Shown: positions 24,623 through 36,885 of the stretch, in pieces
Numbering within the stretch: position 1 is the first letter of the stretch
How the letters are laid out: each line of letters begins with the position of its first letter
DNA from: Rhodosorus marinus CCMP1338
Taxonomy: Eukaryota; Plantae; Rhodophyta
Direction: 5' to 3'
NCBI GenBank assembly: GCA_029953675.1
Contig: JAMWBK010000003.1
Coordinates: 3,224,001 to 3,288,000, forward strand
Length of the DNA: 64,000 nt
Made by a program: the position numbers and the translations under genes
The notes under the pieces: generated by a model
Told to the model about the DNA's origin: nothing
The model's input: the letters and a program-made list of their open reading frames with translations, nothing else
Databases searched by the model: none

Positions 24623-26185
24623 CTTCCGTCACGAAAGTCCTTTGTGCAATTCCAATAGTCTAGATTTCGAGAAGGAGTTCAGCGAGCTAAGCAAGAAAGA
24701 GCAAGGCTCCGGTTAAACTCTCATTCACTATCTTTTAAGGCGATCCAGAGAACCCCACGTCCGCAGCAAATTGACCGAGTAGTAAACCATCAAACCTTAT
24801 CAGCAAGGAAGCCTCTTAACCACAATCATATATGTTATATGTATCCCGCCCGATCTGGTCTGGCCAGTTTTGAGAGGAACGACATTGTGACCAACAAAAA
24901 AAAGAGAAGGATTTTCGTAGATTAAGAGCTACTAGATCGGATGCAACGGACAGCTGTCGTGTAAAATTGATTATTGGATAAATTGCGAATAATCTGGAGA
25001 CTAGAAACATCCGTTCTTTTTGAAATGCGTTGTTGAATAAGACACACAAATCCCAATTGCACATTTTGTGCTATTTTGCTCTAAATTTGTAACAACCAGT
25101 GAAGGTGTCCAAAAATCTGAAAGTTTTATGTTGATTGGAGATCTGTTTTGATCTAGAATTTATAAGCAGACAAAGACTGCTTTTTTAATCAAGATTTTAA
25201 TTTTTTTTTGGAAAACTAACTTTACGAATGGCAGAAAATTGGGCTTGAGAGCTTTTTTTTGCAACATGAGCTACCGCTGGTCTTGGCGGTTCAAACTGAT
25301 CGGGACTAAGATGCTCCAGAAAAGGGTATATGGGCACCCGCGTCTTTCTACTCTGGATGATGGGACAAGGAAGCGACATTGCGGAGACAAAAAAACAAAA
25401 CAATTATCTTCGGAGAATGGCCTGTTTAGTTTTAGAGATTCGAGGTAAAAGAAATAGGCCGCAGGCTGGGTTAGCGCAACCGCGGGAACAGTGTCTCACG
25501 TACCAGAAGCTCATTAACCACAATCACGATGGGTTAATATGTATCCATCGGACGTTCTAGGTTGGAGAGGAAGTACATTGTGATCTCCCCCAAAAAGAGA
25601 AGCAACTGGATGGGGCTTCCGTTACGTCTCAGATGGTGAATATGTCAGAATCACGCAAAATGGGCTCGTGCCATGATGGATCAGAAGATCCGAGCGCGAG
25701 CTAAGCAGCTGAGGTTTGTTGACCTCCGCGTCGGCAAACCGAGCACTGTGGGAATCTCCAGACAGGGAATTTTGCAAGACTGAACCGGGGTAATCCTCTT
25801 GCCGCGGATTGCGGATCTCTACCCCTCCCCCCCAAAACGGCATGCAGGTAGCCTTGGGAAAGGTTCCATTTGGGATGCAGGGAATTTTCAACATTTCCAC
25901 GCGAGTACGGGTACTTGACACTAAGTTCTAGCGGCTTTGCTCCGTTTTTAAGTGCTATCGCCTTGTACTCGCCCAGTTAAGCACAGCCCTCGTCATTTCT
26001 TTCCGTGTTCAAAAGATGTGGGTATTCAGCCAAAAACGGGCGAGTTTTCCTTTGCCCACCTGCCGAGCACGAATATATCGAGGCTCGGAATATAAATCAT
26101 GATGGTGAATATCTGCGTCAACGGACAATGGTCGCTCTCACAAGAAACGAAAACCTAGTAAATGTCCAAACTCTATGGGGTTACC

Positions 26186-26253
26186 GCTGAACGGTATACA
26201 CCATCGCCCCTTTCTGGAGTACGAGAAAGGGGCGATGGTGTATACCGTTCAGC
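26186..26253. repeat. Perfect inverted repeat: 30-bp stem with an 8-nt loop
   Basis: gctgaacggtatacaccatcgcccctttct (26186-26215) is the exact reverse complement of 26224-26253. The loop is ggagtacg. Confidence 0.95.
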
Positions 26254-27990
26254 ACGAGTATATCGTAAAGCCAGCCGCACGAAAGCAAGCTCAAGTGAAC
26301 AAATGCGTTCGGTAAACGATGACTTGTCTCGCCACTCTGCATTCCGTCGATTGATTGAGCAGCACGGATTTGATTGAACGCGGCTTTCTGGAGATCAATG
26401 ATTGGACAATTGAGCCATGGAAGATGCAAGCTTGAGAGGCTGCTATCCTCAATATCCAGCACATTCCACTAACGAAGGAACCTCGTTTTTTAAGAAAGAA
26501 TTATCCCCTGGAGTTTCAGCCAATGGGGGGAAGCCATTTGCTCCATCCCTATGCTGGTAATCGGGCTTCAAAAATTCGTCAATAGTGAATGCTTCAAGCC
26601 GCATTACCAAGTGTTCCGGAGCAAGACAAATATCCTTTGTATGGACGTTAAAAATAGGTTTGTGCAAGCAAACTTCATATCTTCGCTGCCAGTGATTGGT
26701 TTATCCTCTATCGATAGACCAATGAATGCATGTCAAGCGTGAGTTTATCCAATTGTCACGTGTTTCCTATCCAGCAGGGAAGTTTTCTTTTTTGGGGGTC
26801 AAGAATAACGAAGAATCAGTTTTTCAAACCAGCAACTTTCCGGATTCCTACCTCGCGCAATGCCTGAGAGTGAAAGAGGCCAAAAATCTAAGCAGAATTA
26901 GACTTGGGGAAGTTTTTGATGGGATTTTTTCCTCAATTGCGACAGCTCTTTCATCATCATTTTATACAGATTCCATTCAGCGATCTTCTGTCTTGCAGTG
27001 CACCACCTTTTGAGATTAGACTTTTATTTTTGGCAATTCTCCTGCGTTGATTCGAAATCAAAATGAGCCATTTTAGGGCATTTTTAATTCTGCTCAATTG
27101 TACCTCCATATGACTTTAGCCCCTGATGCGATCCAAGAGCACATTCGAAGTACAAATGCCGTTTCTAAAGACAAAAATCGGCGACCACATTCGGTGACGC
27201 ATTGGACTGGCCAAAAAAAATTAGCATTGTTTGATCTCCACAGGTCAGGGGTATCTTAAAGAAAATATCGCCCGCCTTGTCAAAACTAGTTTTAGGATTC
27301 TAGATTTGGAAATTGATATTGAAATTGAACAAAGTTTACTCCTTTCATGCAGATACTTGCTAAATATCCATACTTTAGACAGTGTCCATTACATTTCATA
27401 TTAACTACCCCCCAAAACAGTGCAGCCGTACATGCGAAGTTGCGAAGTTGACGTTCGTCGATTCCCGGGCAGCACGCGTGAAAGTTGTCTACGACCACCC
27501 CATATTTTTGTGTTGCTTTCGGAGTGGTGAGTTAGTCGAGTGCTGCTGCGTCGGTTTAGCTAGGTACGGAGCCTTGGCGTGAGCGTAAGTGGAGCAGTTA
27601 TAATATTTAATTCGGATAAGGACCCAGGGGGCGGCTACGACTTTTGTTTTGCAATTGTTTGGTGGATAGGGTGTTTGATTTTGCTGTGGTGGACAAGATT
27701 ATCGGTTGCTCCGATTGATTGCTTCTGGTCTGGGTTCATTTATTTGAGCGAAATAGTATTTGTGTGCGGATTTCCTAGCAGAGGGGCAGACTTTCAGGAG
27801 CTTGCTGGTGCGTTGGATTCTAGGAACGACGCTCGGAAGGGCTTTGGCTTCGGTTCTAGGCGCGAAACGTCGCTGGAAAGCTCTCCCGGGTATAGAGATA
27901 CTCTCAGGCGTCTTTCGCGAACCTGTGTAGAAGTAAATGTTGATATTGCCAGGGTGATGAGCGTGCTGTTCTAAGGTTACGGAAGCAGTG

Positions 27991-29136
27991 ATGGACCCGG
28001 AATATGCTGCCGAGCACGTTACGATTTGGAATCGGATCGAGTGTAGGAAGATAGCTGGGAATGCGGCTCCCCTGCGCAGGAATTTGGAAAAGTATTTGTC
28101 CAAGCACCCAGAATGTGAAGTGTACAGAGGGCAGGAGAAGATCCTAGAGCAGTCAGGCATTACAAAGCAGAACGAGCATGTCCCGATTTGGCACAAATTG
28201 GATAGGAGAAAGGTTGGATTGTCGAACAATTGGATATCGTTCGGATTCCCAGGTTGCTTCCTTAACTAATTCTTACGCCCCATCTGAAACAAAACAATTG
28301 CTAGGTTACCGGTAATGCAGCGCCGTTGAGGAAGAACGTAGAGTTATATTTAGGCAAGCACCCGAACTGCGAAGTTTATACCGGTCAAGATAAGATGCAA
28401 CCCATGATGAAGGTTCCCGTCGCACAGGCACCGTCGATGTCGAACGCATCAAACAACCTAGGAATGCCTATGATGATGCCTCAGCAACTACCAATAAGTC
28501 AACGATATCCGAAAGTCCCTGTTGATGTAATGCAGCAGACCAGACCACCTTTGCACCCCAGAGGAATGCCGGAGCCTTCGGCTGGAACACCGCATCACCA
28601 GGTACAAGGTCACCCAAGTAGCAGCAATAGGTTGATCCCCCAGAATGCGCTTTCAGCAGATAGAAGGATTGATATGGAAGACCAATTCATGGCGGACTAC
28701 CAGCCCCCGAAGTCAGAGTCGAAGCCAATCCCAGGGATGGAAGGCGCCACTACTGCCATGGTAAACGCCTCATCAGGTAGCTGGCGTGCTCTGAAAAATT
28801 CTGTAGAAATGTCCCCTTCGTTTCAGGACGGTAAGGAGCTTGCCTAAGCCATAATTTGAAGGTCCTGCTTTTTGAATTCTGACTATTAACTTTCTTACGG
28901 CGCGATCGCTGCGAACAGGACTGGGAATGTCGAGAGATGATCTGATCATGGGAATGACGCCCAGCTACGAGTCGCCATCGTTTATCGGCAAGTATTTAAG
29001 CCATGCATATGACGGGAAGAGCTTCGGAGTGGACGAAGATCCGGAGGGCATGGGGTTTTCCCCGAGTGTCTTCATACGAGAGACCCCTCCAACGGACCCG
29101 AAAATGATGTCTTATGCCCAGGACAGAATGCGGTAG
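27991..29136 (+). CDS. Tandem BRK-like domain protein with a Pro/Gln/Met-rich C-terminal region
   Basis: Two copies, [38 protein letters not shown] and [38 protein letters not shown], the second split by intron 28213-28304. They resemble the BRK pattern (V.V.....G..L.G..AP....L..WL..HP.Y.V). Last intron 28831-28918. Confidence 0.75.
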
Positions 29137-30582
29137 CTTGAAGTGGACATGGGCTTCTGTCAGCTTTGGGAGCACTTCAATTCGCTCTGGTTGTCATAGC
29201 AGCTCTCCTGCTCCTCGCTTGTGTACGAGGTGACGACAACTTGAAACTCTGATTCGCTTTCAATTTTTAAGAGCAGCGTCGGATGTCTGTTACGTGAGGT
29301 GCCACGCCTTTGTTAGACGCTCTAGAACTGCGTTTTATTTAATCGGTCAATACAACGTCAGAAATTCACGAGTCCAAACTAGGAGTGAGTGGCGTACATG
29401 GAAATTCATCCCGGTTCTACACTATATTCTCGTCCCGTGCAGGCTCTTGGAGCCCCGGAGTTGTTCTGAATAGCGGACTGGTGTTCCTTCGCTGGTGTAC
29501 GTATGATTGTCCTACTACATTGGACTGTAGAGATTGCTGCCTGCACTAGTCATCAATACCTGTCCCGTTTAGGAGAATCATTAGCATAGTCAGATCCGCT
29601 CTGCCCGCATGCGGTGAATGTCTTCTTTCCGCGTTTGCGCCCGTACTGAATTAACCGAAGGGCCAAGAGAGTGAGCTGGACGAGAATCTAGTGTGCAGAG
29701 CTAGGACGAAATTCCATTGCCGTGTATACGCGTGTGTAGGGCCTGCCTTTCTAAGTCTCCTTTTGGTCCGGGAGAAGCGCACCCGCACAATGTACGTCAG
29801 GATGAGATCGTTTTCATATCCTGATTGTTCATCAACGTTTGCCCAGCTTCCCCCTCAGTTGACCGGAGTACTCACATGCGTTACTCGAAGCTCAGGACTT
29901 AACGATGAACAGTCACGTCAGCATCTATTGCTCAACCACGCACGTGAAGGATCGTATTTGGTGCAGTGAACCGATTCCACAAAGAGAATGACAAGAGCTC
30001 AGAACAATAATGTTCCTGACTTCCCATCTCATCGATATAGACATTCGTGAAACTCATCGCTAGCCATGGAGGAGCTTGCTCAAAGTGGACTGCATCTCAG
30101 CTGGACGGAGATTATGAAATATTTAAAAAACATGAGGATTTACCAGAAGCAGATGGGAAAAGCTTGAGCTCGTGTCCAATTTATTTCAAATCAATTTTAT
30201 TAAACGGAAATTTGGAAGCGTAGATCTACTTCATAAAATAAGAGCCAAATAATTTTGTCTTAGATCGATCAACTTGTTTTTGATTGACCTCCTCGATAAT
30301 TTGTTCTTTGTTGGTCTGCGGGTAGCGGTTTGTGGGAGGGTTCTGCAAGCGGGCTTATGGATTTGGGTCAATACTCTTGCTTTGGCGACTGAGTTGCGTT
30401 GTGCTAGGTTGGGCTTTGGATAAATCAGTTAAGGAATTGATCCCGGATGCCCTGGTTTAAGATAGGGACAGTTCATTTCGGTGCGCACTTAGGTTTCCGC
30501 CTTTTCTGTATTTGAAAAGGACAATATTAAGCAACTTGTCCGTAGTTGCGAGGGCCTGTGTGGGGGATGGAGGTTGGCAAAG

Positions 30583-31405
30583 ATGGGTATTGGAAGAGCT
30601 GTGCTGCTTCATGGGTTCCTTGGGTCCCGAGTTCAGATGCTACCCTTTGCGGCGAAGCTTGTTAGGGATGGGTGGAAAGTAAGTAACTATGGATATGAAT
30701 CGACGCGGTTTTCCATTGAAGAGCATGCGACAGCACTCGCGGAGAGCTTGAGGGATAGCCCACAGGAGAAAATGGCTTTTGTAACGCACTCGTTTGGGGG
30801 AGTTATTCTCCGCGCAGCCCTCAGCAGACCGGAGTGTCCCCAATCAGCAAGACGGTCAAGAATTGTGCTAATCGCACCTCCATTGGGAGGTAGTTCTCTG
30901 GCTAGAAGTTTCAGAACAATGCCAGTTGGGCTGAAGTATGTGGCTGAGATTGTCATGGGAGCAAAAAGCGGGGCTCAGTTACGAGATATTGAATTCGACG
31001 CTTTTAGAACCGCTCTCGGCCGATTCCCTATGGAAAGCCGTATTCTTTTGGTGGTTGGAAACGCTGGCTCCATCAACCCTCTCTTGCGAGAACCAAGCGA
31101 TGGCGTTGTAACCGTAGAGGAGGTTACGAAAGGCCTTCCAGATGAACATCGGAAGCTTGTGTTTCGAGCAACTCACAACGTCCTACTGTACTCTCCGACT
31201 GTACGAAAAGCGTTTCAACTCTAAGACACACGTACTACTCAAGTATCCTTACGTATGCTCGTGGCTTTCAATTCTTCAGGTTATGTCGAGCGCGGTAGAG
31301 TTCTTGAGAGGAAACGACGACGTGGGAGAGCTGGTCAACCCTGAGCCACCGAACCCCTGCGACCAACTGGATGAGCCAGCGAAACTGTCCGTCAAAAGGC
31401 AGTGA
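30583..31405 (+). CDS. Alpha/beta-fold hydrolase (lipase/esterase-like), 2 exons
   Basis: LLHGF oxyanion motif, THSFGG nucleophile elbow, APPLGGS, SDGVV and ATHN give a Ser-Asp-His triad. Intron 31201-31279. Confidence 0.85.
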
Positions 31406-32736
31406 TTAAGGACGTCAACCAGGATTGATTGGTCGTACCATGTGTGTAGACGCGCACGTTTTTATGCCTTCCACTGCAACCTAGGCAAGAGTGGGATGCA
31501 CAAAGGGAGAGCTCTTTCTGGATTATTCCATAGGCTGAAGAGTGATGGGCGACACTGACTTTTCTATTTGATTAACTAGGGGCGTTTGGAAACCCCGCGC
31601 CTATCTGATGTAAAGAAAGGGAATGATATGTATACAGCAATATTCTAGCAGATGCGTTTGTCAAGGACTTCGATCCATGTCAACGTTCGAAAGCAAAGCG
31701 TTGCAAACTTTGGATAGCTTATCGCGAATGGACTAGACCTCTGGAATACAGTGACCGCAGTGCTCGCCGTTGATGAGCCATCGTCCCCGTGGTTTTGGCT
31801 TATCTACTCATCCCATCAATACCGCAAAAGGAAAACTCTTTGTACAGGACCATGGATTATATAGCGCAGCTTCAATCGGTTGCGTTTATCATTTAATAAT
31901 ATTCTTTTTTTGGGTACTAGTTTGCTGACGTGAATTTCTTGATTAAGGTATAGTTTCTATATTTGGAACTTCTATTTTTTGTTTTTGTGCGTTATGAGCG
32001 GATAATAACGGGTTCAAGAATGAGAGGATAGATATTAGCAACCTATTTGCTCCCGACAGAAAACGCGCAGCTACTCAGACATACTCCGGACAAACCGAAA
32101 TGGAATTTTGACACAACCCAGTGCGGCACTTGCTGCGTGTCAAGGGGTATTCGGAATATGTGTAGAACAGAAAATTTTAAAAATATTGAAACGAATTTGG
32201 TTTATGCAGCTAGGTCGAGGGGTAGATAGATGAGCAATTATGGTCTTGAGAGAAAAGTCTATTTGGACAGAAACCAGCTCTCCCCGGGGGGTAATAGGCA
32301 CGACGAAGGTGTTGATTTAGAGCACAACTTTGCTTGATTGAACTAAAGTTGATAGGTGACGCTGGAAATTGGGGAGGAGGCGTTTGTTCCTTTTTGCTCG
32401 CTTTGTGCGATGAAACGGGCGCTTATCCAGTTCTCTCGTGAGTGGCTGTTTAGACTGGTGCGCTTGGACTCATGTGAAGTGCTGGGAAGAGTTAAGCTTG
32501 AAAGACGATTGACAGGTCTTCGGAGTGGTTGCTTTCGATGCCGAGTTTTGAATAAAGGGAGCGTACTTTGGTGCAGTAGAGTTGTTCACGGATTCGCGTT
32601 GTCACGTGAGTCGGGTGCTTTTTTTTTTTTTGGAGCGGTCGTTGTCGGGAGGGAGGAGGAAGGAGGAAGGAGGGGATTGTTTGAGGAGGGGGTTCTTCTT
32701 TTGCGTGTTTGCTTTAAGGTCTTGAAGGGCTTAGCA

Positions 32737-34972
32737 ATGTCAGCGTCGGCGATCGTTGAGAACGTGAAGGAGAATGGGATTCCGGAACCGAATGGAGGAA
32801 TTGCTTTGAACGGAAGCAACAAGCACGATCTTCTTGTAGCTGGTGGGTGTTTTCGTTTCACTCTGCTCGGTTTTTTTGTGCACGCTTTTTTTGTGCACGC
32901 TTTTTTTCATGGTTTCATGGGATCTGGTACAGTTGCCGCGTGGTTTGAATCGCTTTGATATCTGTGTTTGACCTCTATATGAGATCGTGTTCTCGATCAG
33001 AGCTGTAGAAGACGACTCTTTTTTGCGTATTTGCTTGTAAAGAGTTGTCTAGTTGCTTGGAGTTCGTGGAGGAGCCTGAAGCACCTTCTTTTGATGGATC
33101 GGTGCATATCCTATTGCCTTTGTTGTGTCTTACGATGAGTCTCGCGATGAGAAGACATAGGTTTCCATGTTTTTGTGCGCAGCTCGTTCTCAAGCGATCT
33201 GCAATATTTCGTTGTGTAACAGAGCTCCGGAAAAATGTTGAAGTGATTGATCTCGCCGTTGGCACGAAGGACTCGAGGTTGCAGTCAAGAATTTTGAGAC
33301 AAACTCGTATCATTCGTCCGAAGTTGACGTCGGCAGCGCTTGGCGCGGTGGTGAAGAGGACGTTGAGCAAGGAAGAGAGCTCGTTTTTCTCGAAGTATCT
33401 TTTTGAGAATGGCGTTGCAATGGAAATGGATACCACAGCCGACAAGAAGAGCCCAGATTCCAGCGCCTCAATGACAACTGTTCCCGAGGTCTCGGCGTAC
33501 TTGCAGCTTTTATGCGTCGCAATGCTCATCGACAACAAAAACCTTGAAAAAGCCGTTGAAGCCTCTACGGAGCTAATAGAGTTTGTCAGCAAATTCAAGA
33601 GCCGGACAATGGATGACATCGGATCGAGAGCTTTCTTTTTTTATGCACGAGCGCATGAGTTGACGAACAACTTGGCAGTCATTCGCCCACGGCTATTGAC
33701 CGCATACCGGACTTCGGTCCTCAGACATGATCCAACTGGGCAGGCAATGCTGTTGAACCTGCTTCTCAGGAATTATATTCATTACAAGCTCTATGACCAG
33801 GCGGACAAACTGGTGCGTCGACGAGCGAAGGGCCTCTCTAAGTGGTCCATTGTTAATGGCAGGATCTTATCGTGTAACTGCGTGGCTCTCTTGTTTCCCT
33901 TACGCGTAGGTGCAAAGGACGGAGTTTCCAGAAACAAGGAGCAACAATCAATTAGCGCGATTCATGTACTTTGATGGCCGGATAAAGGCCATACAGCTGG
34001 ACTATACGGATGCTTTTGAGAGCCTCCAGCAGGCGTTGAGGAAGGCCCCACAGGGAACTGCCCTTGGATTCCGTATAATTGTTCAAAAATTTATGTTTAT
34101 AGTGCAGATGCTTACGGGAGATATTCCCGACCGAGCTGCCTTTCGCCAGCAGTACATGGAAAAGGCTCTGGGTCCCTATTTGGAACTTACCAAATCTGTG
34201 CGGGTGAGGGGATCTGTTAAGTTGTTTTGTCAACCTGAGCTGGAGCTAACGTGCTGCGAATATCACGTGTTCAGGTTGGTGACCTTAGTCTGTTTAAGGA
34301 TGTCGTGGAGAAGTATAGGCATGTCTTCATGAGGGATGAGACCATGTCTCTCATTACACGTCTACGACAAAACGTGATCAAAACGGGCTTGAGAAAGATC
34401 AACGCTTCCTACTCAAGGTGGGGAGGCAACGCACACCGCGATCTTAAGATGTTAATGTTTCTCACAGACTGCTTTTGATTGGGTGATGGTTGGGTTGTGT
34501 TCGTCTATCGCAGGATATCGTTGGATGATATCTGCACACGACTTGGACTGGAATCAAGGGAGCGAGCGGAAGGCGTTGTAGCAAAGGCGATCAGGGACGA
34601 GGTAATAGATGCTGTAATTGATTACAAGACGATGTCTATGCGATCAAAGGACAATGTAAACACGTACACGACGGTAGAGCCGGCGAATGCGTATCACAGT
34701 CGTATCGAGTTTTGCCTGAACATTTACAGCGGGGCGGTAAGGATCTGTCCTCCCCGCATTTAGCGTCTCGGAACCCGTTTCATACCCGGGCGTCTAACAA
34801 GTTTTTCTTGTCGTTTCGTGTCCGCATTCCTGGACAGATTCGAGCAATGAGGTTCCCCGATGCAACTGAGGATGAAGCCAATACTGAAGCTAGGAGAAAG
34901 CGTTTGAAGGAGGAGCAGGAGCTAGCAAAAACTCTGGAAGAGGACGAAGAGGACTTGGAGGATGACTTCTAA
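32737..34972 (+). CDS. RPN3: 26S proteasome lid subunit RPN3/PSMD3, 6 exons
   Basis: Exons 32737-32842, 33223-33812, 33910-34203, 34275-34417, 34514-34736 and 34838-34972. Motifs LLNLLLRNYIHYKLYDQADKL, NNQLARFMYFDGRIKAIQLDY, RLRQNVIKTGLRKINASYSRISL, AKAIRD.VIDA and YHSRIEFCL. Confidence 0.96.
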
Positions 34973-35517
34973 AAGGAAAAAGGAACATTCGGCATATGCC
35001 CCGACGCTCACGCTCGTCCTTGTAAACATAGTGCAGAAATTGAATCGACGGAGTGAGCTTTGAACTGATTTAGTCTTGCAGACTTGTGGGCCAGGCGGTA
35101 AACTTCTGACCAGTAAGATGAGGTGTTGATACGCAAGAGCTGAGATAGGAGTCAGCCATGGGAGGTTCTTGTTGACTATCTCGAAGTCAGCAGCAGGGTC
35201 CTCACACGTATGCGTGAGCTTTCAGCGGTAGATCGACATTGAACTCGAAAAGCGCAGTAGTCCTGTTTATAGTGGGGCAAGCAGTTTTCTGATCCATGGG
35301 AGGAACATATTCTTTAATCGAAGTAAACGATCGTTTTGCCTTTTTGCCAATGAGAATGACCTGCTCCGGCCTTTTGCCTGCAGTTAGCTGGGCGCAGCCT
35401 TCATAAATTCAACAAACTTGTCCATAAATAAGTCGACTCCGACGGGAGTTTTTATAGATATATAGATATTTCTGTACGGGAGACTACTGGTATCTTGGCA
35501 TGCCTAACTGATACTCC

Positions 35518-36885
35518 TCATGCATGGTCGCGTTTGCTCGCTGACAGCGACTTCTGGCTCAAGGACACGGTGTTCAGAGGCAGGCAATCCCAAGGTACCA
35601 TCCTCATATCGACTGGGCAACACCTGATCTCCGCCTTCACTCCCTGACGGGACAAGAACACTGCCGCTCTAATGTCATCGACGCCTTCAACTAGAAAGGG
35701 AATTGGTTCAAAAACAACCTGCGAGCCATTCACAAAAATGGTCACATGGGCAAATTTTCCCTCACTACTAAGAATCGGACTTGCGCATAGTTCTTCCGAG
35801 CCCTCATCAAAACTACTGGAGCTACTCGAATTGGAAGACAGTCCCTCGGCGAATTCTGGATGTTTTCCTATGTTCGTCAATTTGAGAGTATTAGGTTTCA
35901 ATTTTTCCAACCATGGAACCCGATCAACTGATCTGAGTTGAAAAAGCAGCTCCTCACCTGTCAAGCTCTCCGGAAATTTAACCAACAGTCCGACAGTGTC
36001 CCCAGCGAAAAACTTGAAATTGTGGGTTCTCTCAAACGTGCCTGAAGCTACGGTTCCATCACAGGAAAATCCCAACGACGAGCAATAGTCACCGCCAAAG
36101 GAATTCTCTTTGTGATTCATATCCAGAAGACCAACAGTCATACCGCAGTGAGCGCTTGTTGTTTTTGATGCTTGTTCTATCACAGCAACCTCGAAGAATA
36201 CAGCTGACGCATGCTTCACGCTCCCTGAAAACCATCCGTAACAATTTCCACTATCAGATTTCAAAAGATGGAAGACAATGCGCTTTTAAAGTTGGTACTC
36301 ACCAGCGGAAACCACGGTATGCATTCCTTCATCCTTAACTTCAGCCAGATGTCGGGAGCAGCTGAGCACGACCTTCCCTCTTCCTTCGCTGAATCCGCAC
36401 CTGTCCCTGTTCTCGTCAGGCACTAAGCCTTGGCGCAGCGCAAGCGCCACCTCGTCCATACAAGCAGGCTTACTCAAGGTAAATTCTTTCACAGCTTCTC
36501 GTCCCAAAGGTCGAAGTCTCACCATTCGTCGTCGTGTTTTGTACTGAGTCGATGTTTTCCTTGGTTTGTAGGTTGACTTTGCTCCATCCTCCTCGTATAC
36601 CACTGACTCCTGCTTGAGAACTTCTTTGTCGCAGCTTAGTTGCTCGGAAAGCAGCTCCGCACTCGCGGCGGGTACAACTTCCACGGAGAACAGCCTGTCG
36701 TTAACAGACCTGTGCATATACCGCCGCTCATAAACGCTCACGCCGCTCAATTCCTCGAAGGCCAGCGCCACTCCAACGTCCTTTCTCCGATCCAACACCA
36801 CTTCATTCTCATTCAAAGCCCTCTCTACCTCCTCCGTTGAAGGCAATCCAGCGACAAAATTGCAAACTTCCTCAAACCACTTCAT
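35518..36885 (-). CDS. SPRY/B30.2-like domain protein, 2 exons, start uncertain
   Basis: The C-terminal exon has FFEVAVI...MTVGL...SLGFSCDG...F..GDTVGLLV...FVNG, a SPRY-type pattern. It joins the upstream open exon through a GTGAGT...TTTCAG intron of about 80 nt. Confidence 0.6.

Noticed and set aside
24660-27570. Gene-poor interval that may be a decayed transposon
   Set aside because: All frames are interrupted by stops and no transposase or RT motif is identifiable. Only the hairpin is reported.
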